From: Spirulina sp.
Lineage (GTDB): Bacteria; Cyanobacteriota; Cyanobacteriia; Phormidesmidales; Phormidesmidaceae
Assembly (NCBI GenBank): GCA_044070495.1
Contig: JBIPSI010000001.1
Span: 160,001-224,000 of the forward strand
DNA: 64,000 bases
Direction of reading: 5' to 3'
Below are positions 29,771 to 40,315 of the stretch, piece by piece. The first letter of the stretch is position 1. Each line of letters opens with the position of its first letter. The translations under genes were made by a program, and so were the position numbers. The notes beneath the pieces were generated by a model, which was not told where the DNA came from, made no database searches, and saw only the letters and a program-made list of their open reading frames with translations.

Positions 29771-30418
29771 ATGCGCCACGCTCCTGCCTGTGTCCTAGTT
29801 TTTGCCCGCTATCCCACCCCTGGACAGGCTAAAACTCGGCTCATTCCGGCCCTCGGCCCAGAGGGGGCCGCGCAGTTGTATCGATGGCTGGCGGAACGGG
29901 TGATTGCCCAGGCTCGATCCTTGCAGCGTCAGGGTTTGGTGGATATCGCCCTCTGGCACAGCGGCGCAACGGCAGAGACCATGGGCGACTGGCTGGGCCA
30001 AGACCTGATCTACTGCGCTCAACCCGAAGGGGATCTCGGCCATCGCCTCGCCACCGCCATGGACTGGGCTTTTAATCAGGGGTACGAGTCGGCCCTAGTG
30101 ATTGGTACCGATTGCCCTGATCTCGATGCCGCTATTTTGAACCAAGGTTTGGAGTCCCTCGCCGCCGGAGTCGATCTGGTGTTGGGGCCAGCCCAGGATG
30201 GCGGCTACTACCTTCTGGGATTAACCGCTCCCCAGCCCACCCTGTTTGAAGGCATTGCCTGGAGTACGTCCACCGTCCTAGCCCAAACCAAAGCCCAGGC
30301 CCAACGACTTCACCTTACTGTTGCCGATCTGCCCATCCTCACCGACATCGACACCCCAGAGGATTTAGCGCATTTATCGCCATCCTGGCCCGTATCCTTG
30401 AGGAAGCCCGAACCCTAG
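29771..30418 (+). CDS. TIGR04282/DUF2064-family glycosyltransferase-like protein
   Basis: FARYP.PGQAKTRL, QPEGDLG.RL, IGTDCP, LGPAQDGGYYLLG, DIDTPEDL. Confidence 0.88.
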   Translation: MRHAPACVLVFARYPTPGQAKTRLIPALGPEGAAQLYRWLAERVIAQARSLQRQGLVDIALWHSGATAETMGDWLGQDLIYCAQPEGDLGHRLATAMDWAFNQGYESALVIGTDCPDLDAAILNQGLESLAAGVDLVLGPAQDGGYYLLGLTAPQPTLFEGIAWSTSTVLAQTKAQAQRLHLTVADLPILTDIDTPEDLAHLSPSWPVSLRKPEP

Positions 30419-30431
30419 GAGCGGTAAGACG

Positions 30432-31139
30432 GTGCCCTACCCCACCATCTCAGTTATTATTCCTACCCTCAACGAAGGGGGTACTCTGGCATCCACCCTA
30501 GACCGCTTGCTGCAAGAACCCAACCTAGAGGTGATCGTGGCGGATGGTGGCAGTACTGACGATACCTGCGCCCAGGCCCAGGCCAAGGGGGTTCAGGTTG
30601 TCCAAGCCACGGGTGGGCGAGGGGCACAGCTTAACCAGGGAGCGGCGGTAGCCACGGGCGAAATTCTGATCTTTCTCCATGCCGATACTCAATTACCCGC
30701 CAATGTTGAGATCTTGGTACAGCAGGCCCTAGCCGAACCCGATACCGTCGCTGGAGCCTTTGACCTAGCTATCGATGGCCCTGGCTGGAGACTACGCTGG
30801 ATTGAGCAGGGCGTGAAGTGGCGATCTCGCTGGCTGCGCCTACCCTACGGCGACCAAGCGCTGTTCCTCACCGCCGAGCACTTCCACCGCATGGGGGGCT
30901 TTGCTAACCTGCCCATCATGGAAGACTTTGATCTCGTGCAGCGCCTGAACCGCCAGGGCCGTATCGCTATGGTCTCAACCCCCGTGACCACCTCTAACCG
31001 TCGGTGGCAACGGCTAGGGGTATGGCGCACCACCGTCGCCAATCAAGCCATGGTGATCGGGTATCTGCTCGGCCTAGACATCCATAGCTTGGCCCACTGG
31101 TACCGCAGCCTAGGAAAATCCCGAACTCCGTCTTCCTAG
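30432..31139 (+). CDS. TIGR04283-family GT2 glycosyltransferase
   Basis: ISVIIPTLNE, DGGSTD, GRGAQLNQGA, FLHADT, LPYGDQALF, PIMED, TSNRRW. Confidence 0.9.
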   Translation: MPYPTISVIIPTLNEGGTLASTLDRLLQEPNLEVIVADGGSTDDTCAQAQAKGVQVVQATGGRGAQLNQGAAVATGEILIFLHADTQLPANVEILVQQALAEPDTVAGAFDLAIDGPGWRLRWIEQGVKWRSRWLRLPYGDQALFLTAEHFHRMGGFANLPIMEDFDLVQRLNRQGRIAMVSTPVTTSNRRWQRLGVWRTTVANQAMVIGYLLGLDIHSLAHWYRSLGKSRTPSS

Positions 31140-31260
31140 GCAAGGGTCGGATAACCAGATCTGGTTTGCGGCCCCTCCGGCATCGATGGGCCAGAAAACC
31201 TTGTCTCTACAGTTTATTGGGCAGAGACTTGGGGATTCCTCATTCGGATTTGGACTGAGG

Positions 31261-31806
31261 CTACATCATGGCCCCAACGCTCTGCCAGGTGGTGGCCACA
31301 AACACCACAAAGGCAATTAAGGCCAAAATGCCCTGGAGCACGTTGCCCACCAGGGTTCCGACCACAATGGCCAGCCCCACCTTGCCCGACTGGATAACCC
31401 GCTGCCCCAGTTTTAGCTCGCGGCGATGGAGGAATTCGCCCACAAAAGCTCCGATCACCGTCCCCAGCAGCAAGCCCAGGAGCGGAATACCCGTGGGCAG
31501 CAGCGGCAGCAAACCAAAAAGGCCCAGAAACATGCCGATAAAGGCCCCAATTTGCCCCCAGGAACTGGCCCCCACTCGCTGCGCCCCCAGCACCCCAGCC
31601 AGATAGTCAATCAGCACACTCAGCACGGTGGCGACGATAGCCACCCCCAGCGCCCACTTAAGGCCGCCAAAACCCGCCACAAAACCCCATGCAACCACGG
31701 CCCCCAGCACCAGACTAATCCCTGGCAGCGCTGGCACCACTGCCCCCACCACGCCTATCAGCATCACCAGCAGCAGCAGCCCATACACCGCAGGCTGCCA
31801 AGCCAT
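31261..31806 (-). CDS. DUF456 family membrane protein
   Basis: GVVGAVVPALPG, DYLAGVLGAQRVGAS.WG, GAFVGE. Confidence 0.85.
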   Translation of the reverse strand: MAWQPAVYGLLLLVMLIGVVGAVVPALPGISLVLGAVVAWGFVAGFGGLKWALGVAIVATVLSVLIDYLAGVLGAQRVGASSWGQIGAFIGMFLGLFGLLPLLPTGIPLLGLLLGTVIGAFVGEFLHRRELKLGQRVIQSGKVGLAIVVGTLVGNVLQGILALIAFVVFVATTWQSVGAMM

Positions 31807-31925
31807 CGAAAAACCCACCTGGGCAACCAATACGCCAATTGGCAGGGGAAATAAGAAAACATCGACATCCATGGCAAGCGGGGGCATCCTAGGCCAGTTA
31901 GGGGCATCTACCTGTAATGTACACC

Positions 31926-32510
31926 ATGACTCAATTCCCGTTCCGGTGGCCTAAAACGGCAGGCACACCGCAGATTTCGGCAACCCCATCCACCGCCCAA
32001 GCTGGATTTACCCTCTTAGAAAGCCTTGTGGTCGTGACGTTAATCGCCCTGCTGGCGGCCATCGGTCTCCCCAGTTGGCTCGGCTTCCTCGATCAGCGGC
32101 GGGTCAACATGACCCAAGATTCGCTTTACCAAGCCCTACGCAGCACCCAATGGGACGCCACAAACCTGCGCCAACAACAGCAATTTAGCCTTCGAGAACG
32201 GGACGGTGGACTGGAGTGGGCCAGCCATTCCGCATCAGTTTCATCTATCCAAGTCGCCCACTGGACACCGCTAATTGATGGCGTCACCCTGGCGAGTGAA
32301 GACAATACCATGAAGCAGAAAGACGGCGTCTACTACGTCAGGTTTGACCATGAGGGAAATTTAATCAGCCTTCGGGATTTAGGACGCGTTACCGTAGTAG
32401 GGGATGGAGGACGATTAAGCCACCGCTGTGTCATTGTCTCAACTTTGATCGGGGCCATGCGTAAGGGACAAGGGCATCACAAAATTCAGGATGAGCGATA
32501 CTGCTACTAG
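31926..32510 (+). CDS. Type IV pilin-like (FimT/GspH-like) protein
   Basis: Class III signal AQAG|FTLLESLVVVTLIALLAAIG.PSW; C-terminal Cys pair (RCVIV...RYCY). Confidence 0.85.
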   Translation: MTQFPFRWPKTAGTPQISATPSTAQAGFTLLESLVVVTLIALLAAIGLPSWLGFLDQRRVNMTQDSLYQALRSTQWDATNLRQQQQFSLRERDGGLEWASHSASVSSIQVAHWTPLIDGVTLASEDNTMKQKDGVYYVRFDHEGNLISLRDLGRVTVVGDGGRLSHRCVIVSTLIGAMRKGQGHHKIQDERYCY

Positions 32511-32544
32511 ATCCCATGGCTTAACTGCCGGATATCCTAACAGC

Positions 32545-32955
32545 CTAGTCGCCCTCTGGCAGGGTGGGCGGAGGATCTAGGGTCACGGCATCCACCGTCA
32601 CATCCACCGCTGTAATGTCGATGGTGCCAGCTTCCGCTTGACGCTGAAATCCTGTGGCGGTGGCGGTGAGCACGGTGCCGCAGTTGGGGCATTGGGTGGC
32701 GGCATCTTTGAGGCCTGTGAGTGGTGTGGTGCAGACGGGGCAGTTGGCCTGAACCAGATTACGTTTGAGCCAAAACTGTAGCCCCACGAAGGCGAAGACG
32801 GGGATCAGGAGAATCAACACCACAATTACCGCCAAGGACTTGATCAACCAGCCCAACCCTACGGCCCCCAACAGCCAAATCACGCCCAGCAGGGTGAGCC
32901 AACAGCCCAGCCCCGACAGATTAAACTGTATTTGGCGAAATCCGGGTTGGTTCAC
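32545..32955 (-). CDS. Membrane protein with a Zn-ribbon (CPxC...CPxCG)
   Basis: Two TM helices, then CPVC/CPNCG and GTIDI.A; GTG start after a GGAG RBS. Confidence 0.75.
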   Translation of the reverse strand: MNQPGFRQIQFNLSGLGCWLTLLGVIWLLGAVGLGWLIKSLAVIVVLILLIPVFAFVGLQFWLKRNLVQANCPVCTTPLTGLKDAATQCPNCGTVLTATATGFQRQAEAGTIDITAVDVTVDAVTLDPPPTLPEGD

Positions 32956-33099
32956 GGCACCATCTCTCCATAGCAAACGCCCGATAGCCCAGGGTTGACC
33001 GACCTAGGCGGGACGATCCCGTTTAGGCGACACAACCCTGAGCATAGCCGTGTACGCTAACCGAACCGTCCATCGAGTGGATCTATTGTAGCGCTGGCT

Positions 33100-34239
33100 C
33101 TAGGGACGGCGACTAGGAGGCTGGGACAATGCCGCCGCCAGCCGTTCGCCCAAGACTGGAGCACTAAACTGGGCCAGGGTTTCCGTTCGCAGCCAATCGC
33201 CTTGGCAGCGGGGATCCTGTCCGTTCAGGATCTCAATGCAGGCCGCTGCTACCGCATCCGCATCCCGGTGGGGCACCCGCCAGCCCAACCGCCCATCCTG
33301 CAACGGATCCGCCGAACCATCCTGATCGCCAGAAAGTACAGGTACACCACAGGCCAGAGCTTCCAAATACACAATGCCAAACCCCTCCTGGGAGGGCATC
33401 ACGTAGGCATCGGCAAGGCGATAGTGATCCACCAGTTTTTCCGTGGGCACAAATCCGGCAAACACCACCCGATCCGCCACCCCCAACTCCTGGGCCAGGG
33501 CGGCGAGGCGAGGCTGATCGTCCCCTCGGCCAATCACCAAATACTTCACGGTGGGAAAGGCTTGGGCAATGGTGGGCAGCGCCCGAATGGTGACATCCAC
33601 GCCCTTGTAAATATCCCCCGACCACAGGCGGGCCACGGTCACCAGGACGCGGCAATGCTCTAATCCGTAGGTTGCCACCAGATCCAGATCGGCGGGGCCG
33701 GGGCAAAAGGTATCGCCATCCACTACGCAGGGCACCATCCACACCCGTTGCGGATCGAGCTGATTGGCCGCACAGGCTTGATCTCGGCTGTAGCGGCTAA
33801 TGGCCCAGATTTGATCCGCCCACCGTAAGGCCCGTTGCACCCTGGGCGGCTGAGGATACCAGACCTCCTTGCCGTAGGTAATGACGACGTAGGGCACCCC
33901 CCCCCAGCGGCAAAGGGGAGCCACTAGGGGCAGCAGCAGCACATGGCCACAGATCACCCGCTGGGGGCGATGGCGTACGAGGGTAAAGATCAGGGCCAAC
34001 AATAACCGAAGCCGTCCGACCATGGCCCATGGACTGGCAAAGGGATGAAACCGTAGCGGTCTAGTCTGTCCCTGGGGCACATGCTGAGGCCCGTCGCGCA
34101 GCAAAAAAACGTCGGCCATTGGGGCGTGGGGCCATTGTCCATAGGCGGCAAGCACATCCTTGATGTAGGACTGAATTCCTCCTTCGCAGGAGAAAATCTC
34201 TAGAAAAACAAAAATATTGCGCTGAGGGGCCGATGGCAT
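33100..34239 (-). CDS. Glycosyltransferase family 4 (GT-B)
   Basis: GGIQ, VARL...YKGVD, EGFGIVYLEALACGVPV. Confidence 0.92.
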   Translation of the reverse strand: MPSAPQRNIFVFLEIFSCEGGIQSYIKDVLAAYGQWPHAPMADVFLLRDGPQHVPQGQTRPLRFHPFASPWAMVGRLRLLLALIFTLVRHRPQRVICGHVLLLPLVAPLCRWGGVPYVVITYGKEVWYPQPPRVQRALRWADQIWAISRYSRDQACAANQLDPQRVWMVPCVVDGDTFCPGPADLDLVATYGLEHCRVLVTVARLWSGDIYKGVDVTIRALPTIAQAFPTVKYLVIGRGDDQPRLAALAQELGVADRVVFAGFVPTEKLVDHYRLADAYVMPSQEGFGIVYLEALACGVPVLSGDQDGSADPLQDGRLGWRVPHRDADAVAAACIEILNGQDPRCQGDWLRTETLAQFSAPVLGERLAAALSQPPSRRP

Positions 34240-34273
34240 CGTAGATGGGGCGGACTAGAGGCATGAGGGTCAA

Positions 34274-34720
34274 TTAGCAGGTCGAGCAGGCCCCATACTT
34301 TACGATAGACAAGCAGTTGCGCCCATCCTGTAGACGTTGGTAGGTGACTCGGTCGGCAAGGCGACGCAGCAGAAACCAACCATAGCCCCCATTATCCAGC
34401 AGTTCCCCTGGTTTTGGTTCGGGCAGCAAATCAGGGTTGAAGGGGTTGCCCTGATCCCAAATCCGAATTTCAACGCAGTCGTTCGCGAGATCGAAATCAA
34501 TGTTGATGGCGGTGTCGGGGGGGAGGTGGGCATGGGCGTGGCGGACGGCGTTGGTAAACCCTTCGGTGAGGGCCAACCCTAGGCGATCCCTAGAGTTACT
34601 AACCCAGTCGAAATCGCCTTCTAGGGAACGACAGACTTCGTTAAACCAGCGCTGCACCTGAAAGACTAGGTCGATCTGGCTGGTTACCCTAAGCCGTTCT
34701 TTCCGTACCGTCTTGACCAT
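34274..34720 (-). CDS. Anti-sigma regulatory factor (RsbW-like HATPase)
   Basis: LALTEGFTNAVRHAH, IWDQG.PF, GGYGW.LL..LAD. Confidence 0.85.
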   Translation of the reverse strand: MVKTVRKERLRVTSQIDLVFQVQRWFNEVCRSLEGDFDWVSNSRDRLGLALTEGFTNAVRHAHAHLPPDTAINIDFDLANDCVEIRIWDQGNPFNPDLLPEPKPGELLDNGGYGWFLLRRLADRVTYQRLQDGRNCLSIVKYGACSTC

Positions 34721-34839
34721 CTTCCAACTGTCCTAACGACGTGAGATCAGCAAGCCAAACGCGTCTGTGCACCCGATCTTTAAAGTTTGTAGTTTTCTAT
34801 ACTCTCTATGATAAGTTTACCGAAAAAACATTCCCCAAC

Positions 34840-34877
34840 AAAAAACTTGCGTAAAACTAAATAGTTCTACGCAAGTT
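34840..34877 (-). terminator. Probable terminator of petBD
   Basis: AACTTGCGTAAAACTA / TAGTTCTACGCAAGTT stem next to an A-run (a U tail on the minus strand). Confidence 0.65.
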
Positions 34878-34922
34878 GAGAGGATGTCAGGAACTCCTGA
34901 GATCCGTCATTGCACGGAAGCC

Positions 34923-35405
34923 TTAGAACAGGCCCAGGGTTAGGGATTCCTGGATGGGGAAGGTGGCTCCAATGCCCAGCCATAGGGTCACAGCTGTGCC
35001 AAACAGGAACAGGGTAGTGGCCACGGGGCGGCGGAAGGGGTTTTGGAACTTGTTGACGCTCTCGATGAAGGGCACCAGCATTAGCCCCAGGGGGATGGCA
35101 GTCATGGCACCGATACCCAGCAGCTTGTTGGGCACAATCCGCAGGATCTGGAAGGTGGGGTACAGGTACCACTCCGGCAGAATTTCCAGGGGAGTGGCGA
35201 AGGGATCAGCGGGTTCACCCACCAGGGCGGGATCGAGCACTGCTAGGGCCACGCAACAGGCGATGGAGCCTAGAATAACCACGGGGAAGATGTAGAGCAG
35301 GTCGTTGGGCCAAGCAGGCTCGCCGTAGTAGTTGTGGCCCATGCCTTGCTTGAGCATTTCTCTGAGCTTGGGATCGCTAAGATCCGGCTTCTTAAGGGTT
35401 GCCAT
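34923..35405 (-). CDS. petD: Cytochrome b6f subunit IV
   Basis: [35 protein letters not shown]. Confidence 0.98.
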   Translation of the reverse strand: MATLKKPDLSDPKLREMLKQGMGHNYYGEPAWPNDLLYIFPVVILGSIACCVALAVLDPALVGEPADPFATPLEILPEWYLYPTFQILRIVPNKLLGIGAMTAIPLGLMLVPFIESVNKFQNPFRRPVATTLFLFGTAVTLWLGIGATFPIQESLTLGLF

Positions 35406-35432
35406 TCAAATGTTCTCCTCTTAAACAAAGTA

Positions 35433-35479
35433 GGTGAGGCCATGCCTCAACAAATTCGGTGAGGCCATGCCCCAGCAAA
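35433..35479. repeat. Tandem 22-bp direct repeat (period 25) in the petB-petD spacer
   Basis: GGTGAGGCCATGCCTCAACAAA / GGTGAGGCCATGCCCCAGCAAA. Confidence 0.8.
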
Positions 35480-35580
35480 CACAACGGGGAGTTGCCCCTA
35501 ATCTGAATCTAAACAGAATGGGATGAGTTGACCAATTCTAGGGTGCCTCATCCCGATTCCCACGATTCCGTAGACCTCGT

Positions 35581-36249
35581 TTACAAAGGCCCGGAGATGC
35601 CTTGCTTGCGGATCATCAGGAAGTGCATCAGCATGAACACGGCAATCGCCCAGGGCAGAACGAAGGTGTGTAGGCTGTAGAAACGGGTCAGGGTCGCTTG
35701 ACCAACGGCCTCGCCGCCGCGCATCAGTTCCACCACGGTGCCGCCCACCACAGGGATAGCGCCAGGAACGCCGGACACAATTTTCACGGCCCAGTATCCC
35801 ACTTGATCCCAGGGCAGGGAGTAGCCCGTTACACCGAAGGTTACGGTGATCACGGCCAGGATCACGCCCGTCACCCAGGTGAGTTCGCGGGGCTTTTTGA
35901 AGCCGCCCGTTAGGTACACACGGAAGACGTGGAGGATCATCATCAGCACCATCATGCTGGCGGACCAGCGGTGGATAGACCGAATCAACCAACCGAAGTT
36001 GACATCGGTCATCAGGTACTGAACCGAGTTAAACGCTTCCGTTACCGTGGGTTTGTAGTAAAACGTCATGGCGAACCCAGTGGCGAACTGGATCAGGAAG
36101 CAGGTGAGGGTAATGCCGCCTAGACAGTAGAAGATGTTGACGTGGGGAGGCACGTACTTGCTGGAGATGTCGTCGGCCAGGGCCTGAATTTCCAGCCGCT
36201 CATTGAACCACTGATAGGCCTTAGAGTCGGTAACTTGCTTGGTAAACAT
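35581..36249 (-). CDS. petB: Cytochrome b6
   Basis: [43 protein letters not shown]. Confidence 0.98.
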   Translation of the reverse strand: MFTKQVTDSKAYQWFNERLEIQALADDISSKYVPPHVNIFYCLGGITLTCFLIQFATGFAMTFYYKPTVTEAFNSVQYLMTDVNFGWLIRSIHRWSASMMVLMMILHVFRVYLTGGFKKPRELTWVTGVILAVITVTFGVTGYSLPWDQVGYWAVKIVSGVPGAIPVVGGTVVELMRGGEAVGQATLTRFYSLHTFVLPWAIAVFMLMHFLMIRKQGISGPL

Positions 36250-36708
36250 GAAGCGGGAAACTCTATATATCAATAATTGCCATCAATGAAAAATGTAACA
36301 TAGCCGTAACGGCAGAACGATCCTGAGCTGTCGCCGTTTTGGCCCATGCCTCCAACGATGACGTTGCCTTGATCTCCCCAAAATGGCTTAAATTGGCGCT
36401 TTCGCCCCATTTCAGATGAGAGGCTATTCATGGTTTTGTAATATTTCGTTACATTCTCTCTCAGAGGCTTAATCCAAAAGCCCTAGGCGGGTTGCCGTGG
36501 AATCGGTCAATATGAACAATGGGATGCGCCTTAGGTACGGTAAAACCAACCTAGGGCGTTTCCCTGTCACTCGGTTACCTCATAGATATAGATCTCGGCC
36601 ATGCCTCTACGGCTAGTCTGGGGGCGAGGGCCAAGCTCGGTCTGGGGAAGCCTTCTCTATGTAAATGCGATTACCCTGTGACAATTCTGTTCGTGGTTTG
36701 CGAGGACT

Positions 36709-37950
36709 ATGAGATCACTGCTGCGGTTGTTGGTGTTGGGACTGTGTATCGCTGGGTTGGTGTTTGGGGCCGTGGGCGCAAGGCCCGCCTTTGCCCTGAC
36801 CTCGGATCAGGATTTGGTGGCGGAGGTGTGGCGCATCGTCAACCGCGCCTACGTAGATGAGACCTTTAATCACCAAAACTGGTGGTTCATTCGTCAGCGG
36901 GCACTGAAACGCAACTTTGCCACCCACGAAGACGCCTACGACGCCATCCGCGAGATGCTGGCCAATTTGGATGATCCCTACACCCGCTTGCTACCGCCGG
37001 ATCAGTACCACAGTTTGCAAACTAACACCGCTGGAGAACTGACCGGGGTAGGGCTTCAGATTACTAAAGACGATGATCCGGGCTGGCTGCGGGTGATTGC
37101 CCCCATTGAAGGCTCCCCCGCCGAACAGGTGGGGCTACAGCCGAAGGATTTGATCCTCTCCATCGACGGCACCGCCACGACGGATCTGTCCCTGGATGAA
37201 GCGGCGGCCAAAATGCGCGGGCTGCGCGGCACCAGCGTGACCCTAGAGGTCAAAAGCGACCAGGAAACCACCTCCCGCAACGTGATGCTGACCCGTGACG
37301 TGATTACTCTCAACCCGGTCTATGCCCAAATGGATATGACTCCGGGCGGACAGTTGGTGGGTTATATGCGCCTTAGCCAGTTCAACGGCAATGCGGCGGA
37401 AAGTGTGGCCGGGGCCATCCGCGACCTGACTGACCAGGGGGCCGAGGGCTTTATTTTGGATTTGCGCAACAACCCCGGTGGGCTGCTCCAGGCGGGGATT
37501 GAAATTGCGCGGCTGTGGCTGCCCCAGGGCACCATTGTCTACACCGTCAACCGTCAGGGCATTTTAGACAGCTTTGAAGCCTTTGGCCATGCCCTCACCG
37601 ATGCGCCCTTGGTCGTCCTCGTGAACGAAGGCACCGCCAGCGCCAGTGAAATTTTGGCTGGAGCTTTGCAAGACAATGGCCGCGCCAAACTGGTGGGTAG
37701 CACCACCTTCGGCAAGGGGCTGATTCAATCCCTGTTTGACCTACCCGATGGGGCGGGTCTGGCGGTGACCGTGGCCAAGTACGAAACCCCCGACCACCAC
37801 GACATCAACCGCCTCGGCATTACCCCCGACCGCATGGTCAAAAGTGTGTCCCTCACCCGCGACACCATCGCCACCGAGGCCGACCCCCAATACCAGGCAG
37901 CCCTGGAGATGCTGAGCCAGTCGCCTGTAGTGGTGGCAGAAATACCCTAG
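36709..37950 (+). CDS. ctpA: Carboxyl-terminal processing protease CtpA
   Basis: S41 peptidase motifs DLRNNPGG, TASASEI, TFGKG; PDZ domain; divergent from petB. Confidence 0.88.
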   Translation: MRSLLRLLVLGLCIAGLVFGAVGARPAFALTSDQDLVAEVWRIVNRAYVDETFNHQNWWFIRQRALKRNFATHEDAYDAIREMLANLDDPYTRLLPPDQYHSLQTNTAGELTGVGLQITKDDDPGWLRVIAPIEGSPAEQVGLQPKDLILSIDGTATTDLSLDEAAAKMRGLRGTSVTLEVKSDQETTSRNVMLTRDVITLNPVYAQMDMTPGGQLVGYMRLSQFNGNAAESVAGAIRDLTDQGAEGFILDLRNNPGGLLQAGIEIARLWLPQGTIVYTVNRQGILDSFEAFGHALTDAPLVVLVNEGTASASEILAGALQDNGRAKLVGSTTFGKGLIQSLFDLPDGAGLAVTVAKYETPDHHDINRLGITPDRMVKSVSLTRDTIATEADPQYQAALEMLSQSPVVVAEIP

Positions 37951-38104
37951 GGATCGGTTCTACGATGTCCGAGATTTCCCCCTCCTCGGATTCATCGCCC
38001 CATCCCGCCCTGGAGTAACCTGTAATGAGCTTGTCGAATCCACCGACCCACTGTGGTGGCCCTCGAAGCTATTTACTCGAAGCTATTTATCTGTTGTGCC
38101 AAGC

Positions 38105-38235
38105 CTGATTGACTGACAAAAGATTCTGCACCGGGTGCGGCAACCGCGCCTCTACAGCCTTTAGATCATTTGGGGGTCAGTTTCTCCTGCCCCTTTAACC
38201 CATCTAGGTTCTGGCAGGTTTCGTCAGTCAACCCG
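38105..38235 (+). mobile_element. ~130-bp MITE-like element, copy 3
   Basis: CTGATTGACTGACAAAAGATT...TTTCGTCAGTCAACCCG; aligns with 351-480. Confidence 0.65.
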
Positions 38236-38275
38236 TTTCAGCCCTCACCCTGGGAAAGGGCTGACAATAAGCTTG

Positions 38276-39508
38276 CTATGGCTGAGTGGGCATGTTGCCG
38301 GGGCGAACGTTGAAGGTTTGTTCCCGACCATCACGGCGCAGGGTGAGGGCAATATTCTGACCCACGGTGGATTGTTCGACCACCCGCTGCACCTCGGCCC
38401 CGTCCTTCACGGGTTGGCCTTCAATGGCGGTGATCACATCCCCGGCCCGCAGCCCGCCCTGGGCCGCCGGGGAGTTGGGCATCACCCGCGCAATCAATAC
38501 ACCCTCTTCCTCTTGGACGGTAAAGGGACTGTTGGGGTCGCTGTTGATGTTCTCCTTCATTTCGGGGGAAAGGGTGACCATTTGGATGCCGAGGTAGGCG
38601 TGTTCCACCCGTCCGGTTTCAATCAACTGGCTGCTAATGCGCTGCACGGTGTTGATGGGGATGGCAAAACCCAAGCCCTGGGCACCCTGAATGATGGCGG
38701 TGTTGACGCCGATCACCTCGCCATTGAGGTTAAGCAGGGGGCCACCGGAGTTACCGGGGTTGATGGCGGCGTCGGTTTGGATGAAGTCTACCCGCTTATC
38801 GGGAACGCCTACTTCGCGGCTAGTGCGGCCCGTGGCGCTGATGATGCCTGCGGTGACGGTGCTATCGAGGCCGAGAGGGTTACCAATGGCGATGGCCCAT
38901 TCCCCCGGTTGGATCTGGTCGGAATTGCTGATTTTAACCGTCGGCAAATCCTGGGCATCAATCTTAATCACGGCAATGTCGGTGACGGAATCGGCCCCCA
39001 CCACTTCGCCGGTGAAGGTGCGGCCATCCTTAAGGGTCACTTGCACCCGGTCGGCCCCTTCCACCACGTGGGCATTGGTGACAATTTGGCCGTCCGCCGT
39101 GGTGATGAAGCCCGACCCCACCCCTTGCTGAATCTGCTCGGAGGGCGGCATGGCATTGCCAAAGAACTGACGGAAAAAGGGATCTTGAAACTGGGGCGGC
39201 AGCCCCGTCTGCACCGTGCGAGAGGCATCAATGCGCACCACCGACGGCCCCACTTCCTTCACAATGTCGGCAATCAGATTGGGGTTAGAAATGGAGGGGG
39301 CAGGGATGCCACTGCGTTGGGCCAGTTGGGGAGCGTCGGACTCAGCCTGGTTGGGGAAGGCCACGGCGGGCCGCTGAACCAGAGACCCGATAGTCGCGAC
39401 AGCTTCGGGGCCAACGGTGGCCACCCCGGCACCAAACAAAACCAGCGCCATGGATTTGGCGACGGTGCCCATGGGACGGTTGGATCGCTCTGATTCAGAC
39501 TTAGTCAT
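38276..39508 (-). CDS. HtrA/HhoA/HhoB family serine protease with PDZ domain
   Basis: GSGFI, TNAHVV, IGNPLGL, IQTDAAINPGNSGGPL. Confidence 0.95.
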   Translation of the reverse strand: MTKSESERSNRPMGTVAKSMALVLFGAGVATVGPEAVATIGSLVQRPAVAFPNQAESDAPQLAQRSGIPAPSISNPNLIADIVKEVGPSVVRIDASRTVQTGLPPQFQDPFFRQFFGNAMPPSEQIQQGVGSGFITTADGQIVTNAHVVEGADRVQVTLKDGRTFTGEVVGADSVTDIAVIKIDAQDLPTVKISNSDQIQPGEWAIAIGNPLGLDSTVTAGIISATGRTSREVGVPDKRVDFIQTDAAINPGNSGGPLLNLNGEVIGVNTAIIQGAQGLGFAIPINTVQRISSQLIETGRVEHAYLGIQMVTLSPEMKENINSDPNSPFTVQEEEGVLIARVMPNSPAAQGGLRAGDVITAIEGQPVKDGAEVQRVVEQSTVGQNIALTLRRDGREQTFNVRPGNMPTQP

Positions 39509-39904
39509 GGCAAGTACCTCAAGACGTTCTTACGGTGGATTGTCTTTACAGTAGGTTGATCATATTGCAAGCCCATAGCGGCAGCATGGCAATGCTGTGA
39601 CAGTTTGCCACCCTTACTCCAGATAGGTAGGGGCCACCGCCCACCGAAGTGCGGTCACCCGAAAATCTCTCCCACTGTAGAGTGGGCACCACCCTACAGT
39701 GGTTCTGGGGTTCACTGCAGACATCTTTGCGGTGCTGCCATCAGCCCCAAATAACCACTTGGTTGTCATCGTCAATTTTGTAGCGTAGACAACGATCACC
39801 CATGAGAATACGATACTCAACCTCCATCCCCTTAAGCTTCAGAGCACCAGGCGAGCGAGGCTCGCCAGAATTTGCTATCACACCACCCAACCGACCAGTG
39901 GGCC

Positions 39905-40315
39905 CTAGGGAATAATCAATACTGGGCAGGGGGAGAGGTTGATGACACGGGTGGTAACGCTTTCGGCCTGGATGTCTTCGATCAGGCCCACGCCGCGACA
40001 GCCCATCACAATTAGGTCGGCATTGAGTTCGTCGGCCACATCGCAAATCACAAAGGCGGGCTGGCCTTGGCGTTCAATCGCTTCAGCGTCGATGCCCTGC
40101 TGGGCAAACACATCCTTGGCCTGACCCAGCAGCGCCGCGACGGCCTCCGGGGAGGTCTGCTGATCGCCAGGGGCATCGGGGGCGGCGGGTTCTACCACCG
40201 AGAGCAGCACCAGGCGGCTTTGGTGGAACTTCACTAGTTCGGCCACCTTGGGAGACGCTTGCTGCGCCTCAGAACTCATGTCGATGGGGAAGAGAACGAT
40301 CTTAAACATGGCCAA
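39905..40315 (-). CDS. Universal stress protein
   Basis: FKIVLFPID.S, G.PAFVICDVADE..ADLIVMGCRG, SVT.RVINLSPCPVL. Confidence 0.92.
   Translation of the reverse strand: MAMFKIVLFPIDMSSEAQQASPKVAELVKFHQSRLVLLSVVEPAAPDAPGDQQTSPEAVAALLGQAKDVFAQQGIDAEAIERQGQPAFVICDVADELNADLIVMGCRGVGLIEDIQAESVTTRVINLSPCPVLIIP

Noticed and set aside
36290..36312. HLR1/RpaB-like GTTAC direct repeat upstream of petB
   Set aside because: The repeat period is 11 rather than 10 and one half-site is a poor match.
36437..36453. NtcA-like site TGTAATATTTCGTTACA between petB and ctpA
   Set aside because: The spacing is GTA-N9-TAC, not the canonical N8. It is a palindrome but cannot be assigned.
38273..39493. 406-aa plus-strand ORF, and similar long antisense ORFs such as 42783-43631, 57312-58178 and 9145-9726
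   Set aside because: They are shadows of well-supported genes on the opposite strand and have no recognisable motifs.
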